Below the pieces are notes generated by a model that was given only the letters and a program-made list of their open reading frames with translations, was not told where the DNA came from and searched no databases. A DNA stretch of 63,342 nucleotides, the filler included, from Octopus bimaculoides (taxonomy: Eukaryota), in assembly GCF_001194135.2 (NCBI RefSeq). It is 5 parts of 5 records of this genome, joined end to end, with 100 filler letters (N's around TTAATTAATTAA, not from the genome) between each part and the next. Parts side by side here need not be neighbours in the genome. Positions count along the whole stretch, not along the records: positions 11,138 to 29,717 come from NC_068982.1; 4 more parts are not named here. The stretch is one strand, 5' to 3'. Below are positions 12,402 to 25,900 of this stretch, piece after piece (within the stretch, counting starts at the first letter, position 1; every line of letters starts with the position of its first letter). The position numbers and the translations under genes are program-made.

Positions 12402-13321
12402 ATCGGTTCAGTTTCGCTCACAGATTAAAAACATTTTTTTTTTAACTAGACAGTTTGGAACTTTGTATACTGGTGTAATTTCTCATGCTGAACATGTTTT
12501 ACTTTCAATATTTCATGTTAAAGTTGTCGTATTTGGGTAATTTTAACCAATCAACGGCGTGTATTCAGTTGAAGAAAGCTACTGCTGTTTGCGACAGTAA
12601 TCAAAGAGCAAGAGCTTCTGGGTCATCTCTACTAAATGTCACCACTCTGTTCTATTCGTACACTGAGCAAAGAGAAAGTGTTGCTCCTTGGTCATAGCTG
12701 ACACAAAAGAGAAGCTTACGGCTGCAAGAAAGACGACGCCACCTTTATCCTTTCTTCCTTTCTAGTCAGCACCGTGCATTCCTTACTCTTTCCCTCTCTA
12801 CTGGCAAACAGCCATTTCTACACTATCAACTACCAACCAGCGAGCGAACTTGTTGTCACTGCCACAACAATTACTGCTGTATCTCTTAACTACATGTTAG
12901 GCAAATGAATGAATATATGTAAATAATATTTCTTCCTTCTTGGTGTTGATTCTTCCATGTTTACTGGTTACTCCAACACGAGAACCAAAAGAAAAGTGTG
13001 TAATATGCATCACAGGCAGTAAATAAAAATAAAATAGAACAGAGTAGTGACATTTAGTAGAGATGACCCAGAAGCTGTTGCTCTTCGATTATTGTCACAA
13101 ACAGTAGTGGCTTCCTTCAACTGAATACACATCATTGAGTGATTAAAATTACCCAAATATGACATCGTTAACACAAAATAACTTCTGAAATACGAAATTT
13201 TGTCAAGAATGTTGAAAGTAAACTGTGTTCAGCATGAGAAATTACACCAGTTTACGAAATTTCAAACTGTTTAGTTAAAAAAAAAATAATTTAAAAAATC
13301 TGTGAGCGAAATTGAACAGAT
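12402..13321. repeat. Long inverted repeat: arms ~12402-12656 and ~13032-13321, ~375-bp spacer (foldback / long-TIR element)
   Basis: For example ctgggtcatctctactaaatgtca versus tgacatttagtagagatgacccag, and atcggttcagtttcgctcacagatt versus aatctgtgagcgaaattgaacagat. Confidence 0.85.
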
Positions 13322-13883
13322 TCAATAATAGGAAGCATTAATAACTCAGGAAAAATGGTCTTGCTAAGTTTGTAAAGAAGTGGTAACAACTCAATACTGG
13401 ATACTCAAATTCAGCCTTGACTGAGCAAATCTATGATGGAAAGCATTCTAGCTTTGACCATCTCTTTTGGGAGGTGGGGGTTGGCATTGTGTCTACATAA
13501 GACTATCATTTAATGTGTTTTTCCTTTTCTAAAACAACAGAGTGTAATTTGAAGGGAATTTGGCTATTATTCCTTGTAGATCAAGCAACCATGTAGAAGC
13601 TTCCCTATTGGATAGTTATGTGTTTGCATCTCTATGTACACATGTTTACAATGCACATGTTGATTTGTGGCTGTTTGTATAATCAAAACCTGTTTTAGGT
13701 TATATTTTCGCAAGTCTGTTTCATGATGTTTTTTTCTAATTATGGAACAAAGATTTTAATTTTAAAAATCTCATGTAACCTGAGATGTCAAATCTAAATA
13801 AGACTTTAGTCTGAAGAAAGTTAATTTATCGTGTGCACTCAAAATTAGTCTTCTTTCTTACATCAGTGTTTGTGTGTGCGTGC

Positions 13884-13919
<36 letters not shown>

Positions 13920-14917
13920 CAATCTCATTAGTGCTGGTACTATGAAAAGAAGCACCCAGTACACTCTATAAAATGATTGACTTTAAGAAGGACATCGCCA
14001 TAGAAACCATACCAAAGCAGATATTGAAGCACAGCACAGTTCTCCAACTTCTTTTAATCTTGTTAAATGATGATGATGATGATGATGATGATTTGTGTGT
14101 TTGTGTATCTATCTATCTACCTAAATACATAATATATTATTATATTATACTCATCAATACAAGAGAGGAAATTTTTGTAGATTTCTGTTACATTCTTGAC
14201 AAATATTTTTCATTTTGAATTGATTTGCTTCCTTTCCTGACTGATTCACCTACACTGCAAATACACATGTGACCAGTAGGAACGTCACAACTTCACATTT
14301 CTATCTCCTCATTGAAATAGGGTTTTGCATTTCGTCAAAAAGAAACTAATACTTCTAATACAAATTTTATTGAAGAATAGTACTGTATTAGAAGTATAAG
14401 TGTAACACGCTGTATGGAGGCTTATTTTCTTTCAGTAAAGTCAAATATGGAATTGACAGAGTTAAAATAATAGTAGGAGTGGGATAGGGGAGTGGAGGAG
14501 CAGAAAGTAAAATATGAAAGAAAGGGTAGCAGTTGAGTAAAATGATCAGTGTAGGAGTAGATTAGGTTTACAGTGTAAAGTATATAATGTCAGGCAGGGA
14601 AGCTGTTGGCACAGACAGTAGCTGAGAGGCATTAATGTAAGCAGCACAAAAATGGTACTGGAACTAGAAAGGAGACAAGAGTGGGTGGTGTTTTGTTGTT
14701 GTTGATGATGTTTTTGCTTACTCCCACCGCCTCCATCTGCCCAATCCACTTCCAAGATAGCTCACAGATAAACAAGTCATATAACTTTAGGATTATATGC
14801 ATTTAATTTTATGCTTGTAGATGTGTGGAACCATAGCAACAGATATGCAGAAGAAATATGAATGTATCAAAACCTAACAGTTGATATATAAAACACACAG
14901 ATGGATAGACACACACA

Positions 14918-14951
<34 letters not shown>

Positions 14952-15151
14952 CTCCTCCTCTCCTCGTTCTCTCCTCCTCCTCCTCTCCTCGTTCTCTCCT
15001 CTTAAAGATTATCCACCAATGCTGTGTTGAGCACTCATTCTCACTGTTCTGTACTATCATGTGTGTGTGTGTGTTTGTGTGCAGACAGACAATAAGTGAA
15101 TGCTAGATATGCTCAATATAGAAAACATGTAGTTCTCAAATGCATTTGAAC

Positions 15152-15214
15152 TTAAATTCTGAATTCTTCATCCATAACTAGGTCCACAGCATCAAGAGTG
15201 GCTATAAGAGAAAT
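15152..15214 (-). CDS. Candidate terminal exon of an unidentified gene (ISLIATLDAVDLVMDEEFRI*)
   Basis: Acceptor gcttgttttag, open frame to TAA, phase-compatible with the candidate exon at 15382-15622; no homology recognised. Confidence 0.2.
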   Translation of the reverse strand: MSLIATLDAVDLVMDEEFRI

Positions 15215-15268
15215 CTAAAACAAGCTGCAATGGTGGTAGTAATGCAGATAAACACAATTAGACTTGAT

Positions 15269-15312
<44 letters not shown>

Positions 15313-15381
15313 TCAGAAAGATAGATGTGTGTGTGTATATTTTTAGATAATAAATCGAATGGTGTACACTTGGTAGCTTAC

Positions 15382-15622
15382 TGGTAAAACACAGTCACTT
15401 TCACAGTGTTTGTTGGGTATTTGATTAATGAGTGACAGACACACAAATATATTTACATAGAACATTAAAAAATACAGAATTCTAAGAACAGAATACATAA
15501 TTTCTTGTGTGGATGTGGATGGAGGAGGTGAGGTATTAAAATGTTCAGAACCCGACCAGCCAATATTTTCTTGAATGAATTCACTCTTTTGACAGCCAAA
15601 GTTTTGTATGATAAACTGAGTT
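15382..15622 (-). CDS. Candidate internal exon of an unidentified gene (TQFIIQNFGCQKSEFIQENIGWSGSEHF...CESDCVLP)
   Basis: Acceptor ctttttaatcag, donor CCA|gtaagc, 241 nt open; phase matches both neighbours. The middle is AT-rich and intron-like. Confidence 0.2.
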
Positions 15623-16259
15623 CTGATTAAAAAGCTGATAATATAACCCTGCATTTAGACCCAACCAAATGTTTTTAGCAGTGTTACCTCTAATTTCATT
15701 GAAGGTATGACATGGCTGCTAAAAATTAGCTGTTTGTATCTACTTACTATGCTCAAATTACAGCAGCCATCAATTTCTTGATACTAGTTCTCACTGGTTC
15801 TGCACTGAATACAAGCTCTGCTACCACCAGTCAGTAATTGAACTTACTACACATCCCACTTGAGTAGCACAGTACATGTGTGTAGTAAGTGCAAGTTTCT
15901 TCAACCTTCATCAACAATGACACAATTTACAATCATCAATTATGGCTCTGCTGCCATTTAACTTAACAATCATAATATCCAGTGTTATTTCGCATATATC
16001 TGTGTTACATAGTACTTATAATGATCCTTTTCAATTGCAGAAGACCACACCATATTTGTAAAGAGGGGATATAATTAAGTGAATTAACTCCAGTACATGA
16101 CTGGTACTTGTTTTTATTGAACCAGGGGAATGACAAGGTACAGATGTTTTGGGGAAGGATTTGAACTTAGAATGCAAAGGGATGAGATTTAAATACCATG
16201 AGGCATAAATACTAAAATTGGGAACTTAATATCTATGCCACTCTGCCAACCTTTTTTCT

Positions 16260-16620
16260 TTCTTTTATTTTTTTAGTCATTAGACTGTAGCTATGCTTGG
16301 ACACCACCTTGGAGAATTTTTAGTTGAATGAATCAACTCCATTACTTAGTTTTTGTTAAGCCTGGTACTTATTCTATTAGTTTCTGTTGCCAAACTGCTA
16401 AGTTACTGGGCCATGAACACACCAACAGTAGTGGGGGGGGGTGAAAACACACACATTCACACGATGAGCTTCTTTCAGTTTTTGTCTACCAAATCCACTC
16501 ACAAGGCTTTGGTCAGCTCAAGGCTATAGTGGAAGATACTGCTCAAGATGCCACACAATAGGACTGAACCTGGAACCATGTGGTTGGGAAGCAAGTTTCT
16601 TATGACACAGCAACACTTGG
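16260..16620 (-). mobile_element. SINE family D copy, CpG-decayed
   Basis: cttctttcagtttttgtctaccaaatccactcacaaggctttggtcagc homologous to 44415-44570, with CpG to TpG changes. Confidence 0.75.
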
Positions 16621-16676
16621 GCTTATTGTTTGTCAATAATGATAATCATATGTTTTTAACTGTATAGTTAGGATAC

Positions 16677-16791
16677 TTCAGATTTTTGAAGACAGTAGCA
16701 GTACCATCATAAGGCACAGGCACATTAGGCAGTTGCTCTGGGGCTTCACAGGTACAGGAGATCAATTCTACTCGATGTATGCTGTGGCTTG
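16677..16791 (-). CDS. Candidate internal exon of an unidentified gene (SHSIHRVELISCTCEAPEQLPNVPVPYDGTATVFKNL)
   Basis: Acceptor tattcttttgacag, donor AA|gtatcc, one open frame of three, higher GC than flanks, unique-looking sequence. Confidence 0.3.
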
Positions 16792-19059
16792 CTGTCAAAA
16801 GAATACATACTATAGAGCCCAGTACATTGATATTTACTGAAAAAAAAGAAAAGATGAAAGATAATTTACTGCTATTTAATGTATTAACCTCCTAATATTG
16901 TTTAACTGAAGCCTTATTTATCATAGCCTGACTTAATATATAGTCTAACTTAACCAGTCCATTCATCTAATTCCTAAAACATCATATGCTCACCAGGCAG
17001 GCCACATTCTTTGTCTAAATTTTACTTCCAGTTATATTAATGTCTTAGATTTGTGTATTAAAGTTCTGAAGAGATAAAAATATCCCAATGCCCTATTTTG
17101 CCTCCTAAACCCCCACTCTTCATTCATATATTACTTTCTAAAATATTTTTCAAACTATAACAGACAAGAGGATTAAACGGAAGTCAGTTTTCAGTTAACA
17201 CAGATGTAAGACTATTTCGCTGTTACTAAAGTACAAATACACAGTTCTTATTGCTCATTCTGTTTACTCACTTCTTAGTTTTATCATGTGCCACTTATTT
17301 CCATCATTGATGTGTAGTTTTTTACTTCTATCTTAACATAACTTTCATTTACATCATAGTTAATAGTGGTTCATAAATACATTAAATTGTTTAACCATTG
17401 AGCAAGTTGCTGGTTAGAAGGCCATTCACATTGTTGTAAAGTTTAGTTTTCTTACTGGTCTAGTTTATTTATATTTTTATCAACTGGTTTTCAGAAAACT
17501 TCTCTAGAATAGAATTAAAATACAGATGATAAATTTCTTCTTTTTATTTCATTCACCTAAACTACAGAAATAAGTTGAAATGAACTGAGCAACAGAGTAA
17601 ACTTATGACACAGCAATATTTATATATTGTATTCTATTCTATTTCTTTGTGTGCTTTCATCAAATTTCTTTTATTTCTCTATCAGACCTGTTTCAACTAG
17701 TATGTCACTTTAGTATATACTAGCTGTTGGGTTTCTTTTTTTTTTCCAACATGAATAGATGAGTTCATCTTAACTGTAACATAGTTATTTAATTGGACAC
17801 AAGTTTGCAATTAATCCCCTATTTGATGATATTCTAATTTAGAATTGGTAAAGTAACATATAAATTATTTTTACATTCAGAGTTCAAATCCTGACACGGT
17901 TAACCTTGCCTGTTACCTTTCACAGGTTGATTAAAATAGGTTAAGTATAGCAATTAAAACTTTGATTCACTTGTGCCCTGTCTCTAAAATGAAGCCTTTT
18001 AATAATATTTCATAAAAATCACACCTAAGTTCTTAAGATATTATTATACAAGCTAAAAGGTCAATAATTTCTATAGCATTGTGTTGTATATGGTAAAGAT
18101 GCTTAACTTTCCACCTAGCTGTAAATAGATATCAAAATGAAGTTCAGCTCTTAGTTTGCAAGGCTGAGTCCATACATACAGTCCAGCAATAAACTGACAT
18201 TCCTACCAAGAGTGGATGGTATCTTGCAAGTCACTTAAAGACATGAAATTTGGTATAGGCACCAGCACAGCTTTCCTCATGTGTAGAACATTTTAATGAC
18301 AGGTACCATTTACAGGAAATTGTGATAAAAATTTTCATTCAAATAAAATGTAACAGTCTTCCCTGCAACATCAGAGGCTTGTGACTTTAAGCAGACTTAG
18401 CCACTGTTATGGAGTCCTCAGACATTTTGCTTGATAGAATTTTAAAAACTTTTTGGAACTTATTAATTTTTTTTAATTGCAGAGTTCACAGCATTTTCTA
18501 AACTTCCTATGTGAGATTAGTGCAGTTAATGCTCTTTTCAGCTGTTGCAGATTAGTGACTAAAAGAGAATTTCAAAAGGATGGAGAGAAACAAATTAAGC
18601 AAAAGATTTAGTATGAAGTTTCTGAGGAGATACTGTTGGGTTTGAAAATTAAGATGTTGTTGGTAAAAGTGGCAGAAAGAATATTGTAGAATATCAAATG
18701 TTTCATAGAATCTGTCTTCACAGTGAAGTTGACAGGAGGAAAGTAAAAGAATGACAGCGTAGTTTTACATCCTTTATAGTTGAGAAACTGGTTGCAACTG
18801 ATGGAGAACACAAGCTTTATACATAGACAGAAAGTATCATGGTATGAAAGAGAAACTGAAGAAGAAGGAAAGGAAAGTGAAAAGAGGAGGAAAAGCAAGT
18901 GAGGGTGAGGTAGATGAAAAAATGAGGGGAGCAGAAGGATAAGAATGGCATTACTGAACCCACAATGTATGAAGGACTAGAAGAAAAAATGTACTAGGTC
19001 ACCTATAGGTGACATAGTACTGAGTTGGAAAGTGAACTGTTCCTTCCATTTCCATGAGT

Positions 19060-19330
19060 ATGCACATCCATGTTGAGCAGATTAACCATTATAGACTCTG
19101 GGGTAGGACCCATGAATCAGGCAAAAATTTGCTCTTCGTTATGGCTCTCAAAGAGATTTGCATAATTGGGGCCCATTCTGGTTCCCATAGCAACCTCACT
19201 GACTTGTTTGTAAAATTCTCCAGAGAAAGAAAAAGACGATTAAAGGATAGCAGAAAGTCTTGTTTCATGGAAACTGGGATTATTTTGTCAGAGTGATTGA
19301 CATTGGTCAAGGAGGGATGAAATCGTGGAA
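19060..19330 (-). pseudogene. Decayed L1/Tx1-type reverse transcriptase fragment
   Basis: LSLENFTNKSVRLLWEPEWAPIMQISLRAITKSKFLPDSW resembles the pre-RT 'L..EFY..F...L......g.LP.SW' segment. Confidence 0.45.
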
Positions 19331-20089
19331 TGTGTTAGTTAGTGAATTTACTTTCTCCAAGTGAAAAGTGTTCTACTTTATTATCAAGGATGTAGGTATA
19401 GCTATGTGGTTTACAACTTCCCTTCCCAACCACATGGCTTTGGGGTTCAGTCCCATAGTGTAGCATTTTGTCTTTTAATATAACAAGTCGACCAAACATT
19501 TGTTTGTGAGTGGATTTGGTAGATGGAAACTGGAAGATCTATTGTATACTCTGTGTGTGTGTGTGTGTGTGCACATGTGAGTTTATATCTGCACTTGCAT
19601 CTGCAAAAGTCACAACATTTGAATGTCATTAGGATTTCTCCAGTCAATAAATTGCCCGCCAATTTCATGTGTCCAGTGCTTTATAGAAGAAGAGATTCTT
19701 TACTTGAAAAACAGGTACAGGTTAGTGCCAATAAGGATGTCTGATTGTAAAACAATACCTTAATATATCTGTCTGACCCATGCATAATGGAAAATGAATA
19801 TGAAAACAAAACAAAATATTGGCTATGTGATCAGTATTATAATGTAGTATATAAATGTACTCTCTAAATGTTTAGCAGCCATTTAGAGCTGAAGCAGTCT
19901 ATAACTATAAAAAATAGAACCCATCCTTGTGTCCCCATCCCACTACTCACTCATGAAAAGTAGGTGTTCTTCCTGTTTGATTATGATCCTTTATTGAAAT
20001 TAATGGTCTCAGTCTAATGGGCCTCCTTTTTTTAAGACTTGCTGCATGGACAAGTATTCTATCAGAACAGATCAGTCATACTTACAACC

Positions 20090-20330
20090 ACATGCCTTAA
20101 TCTTCATAAACTTTACAATGTTAGGTCTTAGAATTTCTGATGACTTGTCATGGAAATTGCCTGTCAACAACATAACCAAAACTGCATCACAGTGTCTGAC
20201 ATTTCTCTTCAGGGAGATAGAAACTAAGTTCAGTGCCCAACAGCTGCTAACCCATTTTAAGATAAGAAAAGATTGTTACAGAAGATTTGGCTGCTACATT
20301 GAGCAGGTCAGATGACTACATGGAAAGGCT
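20090..20330 (+). pseudogene. Decayed L2/CR1-like LINE C-terminal RT fragment
   Basis: LGLRISDDLSWKLPVNNITKTASQCLTFL matches the 'LGV.IS.DLSW..HI..I..KA..RL.FL' motif. Confidence 0.6.
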
Positions 20331-20873
20331 CTTTGTTCTATCATGATGATATTGCTGGTATTAGATGTGTTTATGTTTGCCATCTGTGTTTATATCCCTT
20401 AATTGATTTAATTTCCTTATTTCAAGGCCACATTCACAAGAGTGCTGGGTTTCATTTGATCAATAAAAGATTTCCTCTCATATCTTATTCAAATCTCATA
20501 TTTCTGTGAATTGAGTAGAATTATTTGTTCTATAGAAGTTTACATTTGAAAATCTATCTGCTAGATATAATTTTATATATATATGAACATATAAATATGT
20601 GAATGAATGTTATTTTAATATTTAAAATTTCTTTTCTTTTTTATTTTCAGTTTATTATGTCAGCAGCTGAAGCTTTACTTATGCATGTAGTTGCAGTTGA
20701 ATCTTAGTCTTTAATTCTGTGAAATTTTGGATTAGAAATAATCCTGAGGACTTGTGCTTCTATAGTAGCAAGTTCTTGTCTTAAAATCATGGAAGCTGGT
20801 GGTAGGTTGAAAAACTTTCTACTCAATTTCTTCTTAACAGATTTAATTCTGCTTTCCATCTTAATGTATATAT

Positions 20874-21900
20874 ATACAGTAATGCCTCAATATACATGAT
20901 AATTTGTTCCCAGAGACCATTCATAAAGTGAATGCTCGTAAAGTAGAGAAATAATTTCCCATGGTAGCAATATTATAAATTGTAATTTGTTCCCAGAAAA
21001 ATATTTTACTTATAAAATTTATGATACTCATAAACAAATGGCAATAAAACAACAGTAGAATGGAAATAATATTTTATGTAAAGTAAAAAGAATGTCAAGA
21101 TCATCATCATTATGTAACGTCCGTTGTCCATGCTGGCATGGGTTGGATGATTTGACCAGGCTGGCACGTTGGAAGGCTGCACCAGACTCGAGTCTGATTT
21201 GGCATGGTTTTCTACAGATGGATGCCCTTCCTAATGCCAACCACACCAAGAGTGTAATGGGTGCTTTTACATACCACCAGCATGGATGCCATTTGCATGA
21301 CACTGGGGTACTTTTACATGCCACTGGCACAGGTGCAAATTTGCATGACACTAGTATTTGCCATGGCTGCAATTTTGCTCAGCTTGATGGATCTTCTTCT
21401 CAAGCCTGACACAATGTCAAAGGTCTCGGTCATTACCTCTGTGAGGCCCAACACTCGAAAGGAACTCAGCCACATTTATAATAAAAAATATTATTATTAT
21501 AATAATTTCTGAATCACTTTTACTCACACTAGACTTATTCACATTATCACTTGCAGATCTGATCACCGTTTCACAAGAACTTGTAGACAGACTTATAGAC
21601 TTTTTTTTTTAAATAAGTCTAGAGTTGTTTGCTTAGAAGAAGCTTTTTTTCACTCTCTATAAATTTCTCGGTAACATGCAGAAGCATTTGTTATGGTAGT
21701 AGAAACTTTTGCACTTTGTTCACAATTTGGACCTTGTGCTTGTAAAACAAAACTTGTAAACCCAGGGTCTTGTAAAATGAAGTATTACTGTACATATACA
21801 CATGCATGTTTTATTATTCTAAAGAACATTGTTTCATCAAGATTCTACTTGTTTAAATTCCTTTACTATAAACTTGGATATTTTTTAAGTGATTTACATC
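20874..21900 (-). mobile_element. Tigger/pogo-like DNA transposon relic, interrupted by a dispersed repeat at ~21105-21475
   Basis: TA|CAGTAATGCCTC end at ~20876; minus-strand CYREIYRE*KKASSKQTTLDLF resembles the Tigger transposase C-terminus. Confidence 0.5.
21105..21475. mobile_element. Dispersed SINE-like repeat with internal tandem modules
   Basis: ggatgcccttcctaatgccaaccac and ttttacatgccactggcac are shared with 52070-52330. Confidence 0.65.
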
Positions 21901-22127
21901 TGTTTTGCCAAGCAAGCCTAGGTAGCATGTTTTATTTGCAAATTTGACTATTTTTATATTTTTGAAGAAATTGTTTTTTACAGCCCAAAACCCATTTTAC
22001 TGATAATTGCTCAGTTGTAAAGTAGGAGTGGAAAGTATTCCAGCCAGGTAGTGTAGCCAACAGAGAAACCTATTTGTGGTCACTCGACCTACCAGAAATA
22101 GCAGTTAGGAAAAACACATTGGATAAT

Positions 22128-22255
22128 CTTTTCTACTCTAGGTACAAGGCCCAAAATTTTTGGGGGAGGGGGCCAGTTAATTGGATTGACCACCAGTAGG
22201 CAACTGGTACTTAATTTATCAACCCCAAAAAGATGAAAGGCAAAGTCAACCTCAT
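22128..22255 (-). mobile_element. SINE family C copy, CpG-decayed
   Basis: atcaaccccaaaaagatgaaaggcaaagtcaacctca versus consensus atcgaccccgaaaggatgaaaggcaaagtcgacctcgg. Confidence 0.8.
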
Positions 22256-22638
22256 TGGATAATGTAATCCTAATAAATTATGTTATGAATAAAAGATGAG
22301 ATAGTAATGACTGGAATACCTTTCTTCAAAGGTTTGCTTAATCAGGTTTGACATGGAGTTAAGCAACAACAACTCACTTATAAAAGGTAATTTTTTTAAG
22401 AAAGTCTTAGTGCAAAAAAAAAAAAAAAAAGCACAAATCAAGGAGAAAAAATAAGTGGACATCAAAAGTATTGGCAGATATACGAAGAGGAGTTTGTGAA
22501 ACTGTTTAGTCTATATAAACATTTAAATGGGATAAATGTTCTTAGTTCATTGTAGAAGGTAACTCAAAGTAAACTTTGTGTTGTATAACTAGGTTAGATG
22601 AAAATGAGATGCATGGATTATTACTCCACTGATATATT

Positions 22639-22947
22639 ATTGTTGGCACTCCGTCGCTTACGACGTCGAGGGTTCCATTTGATCCGATCAACGGAACAGC
22701 CTGCTCATGAAATTAACGTGCAAGTGGCTGAGCACTCCACAGACACATGTACCCTTAACGTAGTTCTCAGGGGTTATTCAGCGTGACACAGTGTGACAAG
22801 GCTGGCCCTTTGAAATACAGGTACAACAGAAACAGGAAGAAAGAGTGAGAGAAAGTTGTGGTGGAAGAGTACAGCAGGGTTCGCCACCATCCCCTGCCGG
22901 AGCCTCATGGAGCTTTAGGTGTTTTCACTCAATAAACATGACGCCCG
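22639..22947 (-). mobile_element. SINE family A copy (gap-truncated, CpG largely intact)
   Basis: Highly similar to 3075-3390. Confidence 0.85.
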
Positions 22948-25900
22948 NNNNNNNNNNNNNNNNNNNNNNNNNNNNNNNNNNNNNNNNNNNNNNNNNNNNN
23001 NNNNNNNNNNNNNNNNNNNNNNNNNNNNNNNNNNNNNNNNNNNNNNNNNNNNNNNNNNNNNNNNNNNNNNNNNNNNNNNNNNNNNNNNNNNNNNNNNNNN
23101 NNNNNNNNNNNNNNNNNNNNNNNNNNNNNNNNNNNNNNNNNNNNNNNNNNNNNNNNNNNNNNNNNNNNNNNNNNNNNNNNNNNNNNNNNNNNNNNNNNNN
23201 NNNNNNNNNNNNNNNNNNNNNNNNNNNNNNNNNNNNNNNNNNNNNNNNNNNNNNNNNNNNNNNNNNNNNNNNNNNNNNNNNNNNNNNNNNNNNNNNNNNN
23301 NNNNNNNNNNNNNNNNNNNNNNNNNNNNNNNNNNNNNNNNNNNNNNAATTCACATTTCCATGCTTACTTGAGTCAGATGAAACATTTTGAGGCAGATTTT
23401 TTACACTCAGACGCCTTTCCTGTTACTAACCTTCAACTATTTCCTATTTAAGAAAATTTAAAATGGAGAAACAATAGCTGTAGGGTTGAGGTGTTAGAGT
23501 ATTACTAATCATGTGATTTTAAATTTAGATCTTTACAGCTATTATAAGATGTTCCTTTGCTAAATGAGGAAAACTCTAAATTTTCACAAAACCTACAAGA
23601 AATAACAGGTAGATATCCCTCAAATCACACCATAACATTTTTTTTAAAATGTTAATGTAATTCTAGATATACTGTGAGTGAAAAAACAGATGGTACAGTC
23701 AAGGTTGAAAACCTTTTGATCAGTGGTGACTTGGGGTTCAGCAACAACTCTGCTTGCTTATATTGGCAAATTCAAAAGCAAATAAATGTAATTTGAGTGA
23801 GAAAAGGAAGAGCCCTTTAATGCAGATCTTTTCTTTTGTCATAACTTCTATTTTCATTATTACACATTTTATCGAAAAAAACAAAACAAAATTGTTACGT
23901 TCTTGTTTCATGGTTGAGTGTTTAACTTAAAGAGCAGCCAGCTGTAAAAACAATTGCTCAAAGCACAACTTTTTGTTCCATGCAAACATAGTAAAATGAA
24001 TGTAAAACAGTAGTTAAAATTTTTTTCATGCCAAAAAAAGAGTTGAAAACATATCCCAAGTTTCTAGACTCCCTGCAGTAATAAATATAAACTTCAGTTA
24101 TAAGCTTTGTGTTGTGCTTGACATTTCATTAAAAAAGTATTACTGTTGATAACATGTTTTCTTGAGAAATGTAATTTTTTTATGTAACTTTTCTTGTAAT
24201 TTTATGTATTAATGGCAACAAACTATTCTTAGATTAGCAATTGTTGTTAATGATTCATCAGATATGCATTTTTTTCTCATTATTGTTCATCTTTTCAACA
24301 TTCCAGTTGCAGCAATTAGTTGGCAACATGCTGTTAAATATTTGAGTAAAAGTTTTGTAGACGCTTCTTGCATGTTAAGACTGTTGTTAACAACACTTTT
24401 TTTTCTGTGTACTATTTACTCTATGCAGAATAACAATAAAGATAGCTCATATAGAAATTGTATTGCCCTGGGTCAAGTCTTATTGAGCTGGCCTATGATC
24501 ATAAAATTTCAATCATGAACATCTCATCTTTTTAGGAGTATGTAGGACTACACATATCCAATGTTTCTTTGTTATTCAAGTAGTGGATGGTTATTTGAGA
24601 GAGATTTGGCTGCTGTTTCAAGTTAGCCTGAAGTGGCTCCCTCTTATTTTCATCATGTAAATGGATAGGTCCTAATTGTGGTGCACCGAGTAGCAAAAAT
24701 AGTTTATATTAATGCCCTATAAATTAATAATTACAAATAGGTCTTAGAAATGATTAATATTTGCACTAGTACTGACATACCAAGGAGTAGAGATGGGTCA
24801 TTTTCAGAATAAATGGTTGAATGCAAATATATTATTGCCACACAAATAATAAAATGAAAATGAAAAATGAAGAACACTTTGAGTAGTGTAGTTCTAAGTA
24901 TCTGTCTAAAAAAAAGATGGAGTGGTTGATACTGGAACACTATTAATCATAGTTTTAATCATACTTGATCAGGATAGCTACAGAGCTAAACAACAACAAA
25001 CACACTTCCTCTGCTTTTAAACGTTACACTGCTGTATTCACAATGGCTTTCAGTTTTTTACGTCAGTTAACATTATTTATCCAGTGGACTTAATAGTTTT
25101 AATCTCAGCTGTAGCTCAGACCTTACTGAATTGAAACCTTTAATATTGACAGCCGTTGTCACTATCAAACACCCAAGGTATGCTAGAACAATTTATATAC
25201 CAAGTAAGACAATCCATTTTGGCTATCACTCTCAGTAACAGAATCATAATTTTTGTATGACTGTAGCACAACAGTGTAACAGTACTGTGAAGTATTCCAA
25301 GTATTTCAGTGGTAAATTCTGCCATGTGTGCCCTCAACATGATCTCATTCAGATTACATAAAAAAACAACACTAATACCTGCTGAAATCAAAGTATTACT
25401 TCAGAGTCTGTTATATTTGGTCATGCCATGTCAGATCAAACCTGTAAATAGCTGTTCACTTCACCATCTACTTGCAAACAGGATACACTGTTTTGGTTTT
25501 AATTTTTTGTTTTATATTTTTACACTTATACATTTATTTGTCCCTACCAACTTGAGTGAAAGGATTTTGTTAATGTAAATATTTACATGAATATTTCTCA
25601 AGTAGTATTCTTTTGGCATCTGAATATCCATCCATGGAGTGATAATACCTCCAGTTTTCAAGCAAATTGAGCAATCTGCCTTATAATGAGTGTACAAATT
25701 CCTGTTCATAACCACATAGGCATGGCAGTGTCCATTAAGAAGCTTGCTTCCCAACCATGTGGTGTTAGGTTCAGTCACACTGCATGGTACCTTGGGTGGC
25801 ATTTTCTACTATATCCCTAGGTCAACCAAAGCTTTGTGAATGAATTTAATAGACAAAAGCTTAAAGAAAAAGCCATTATATATAAGTGTGTGTGTTGTAC

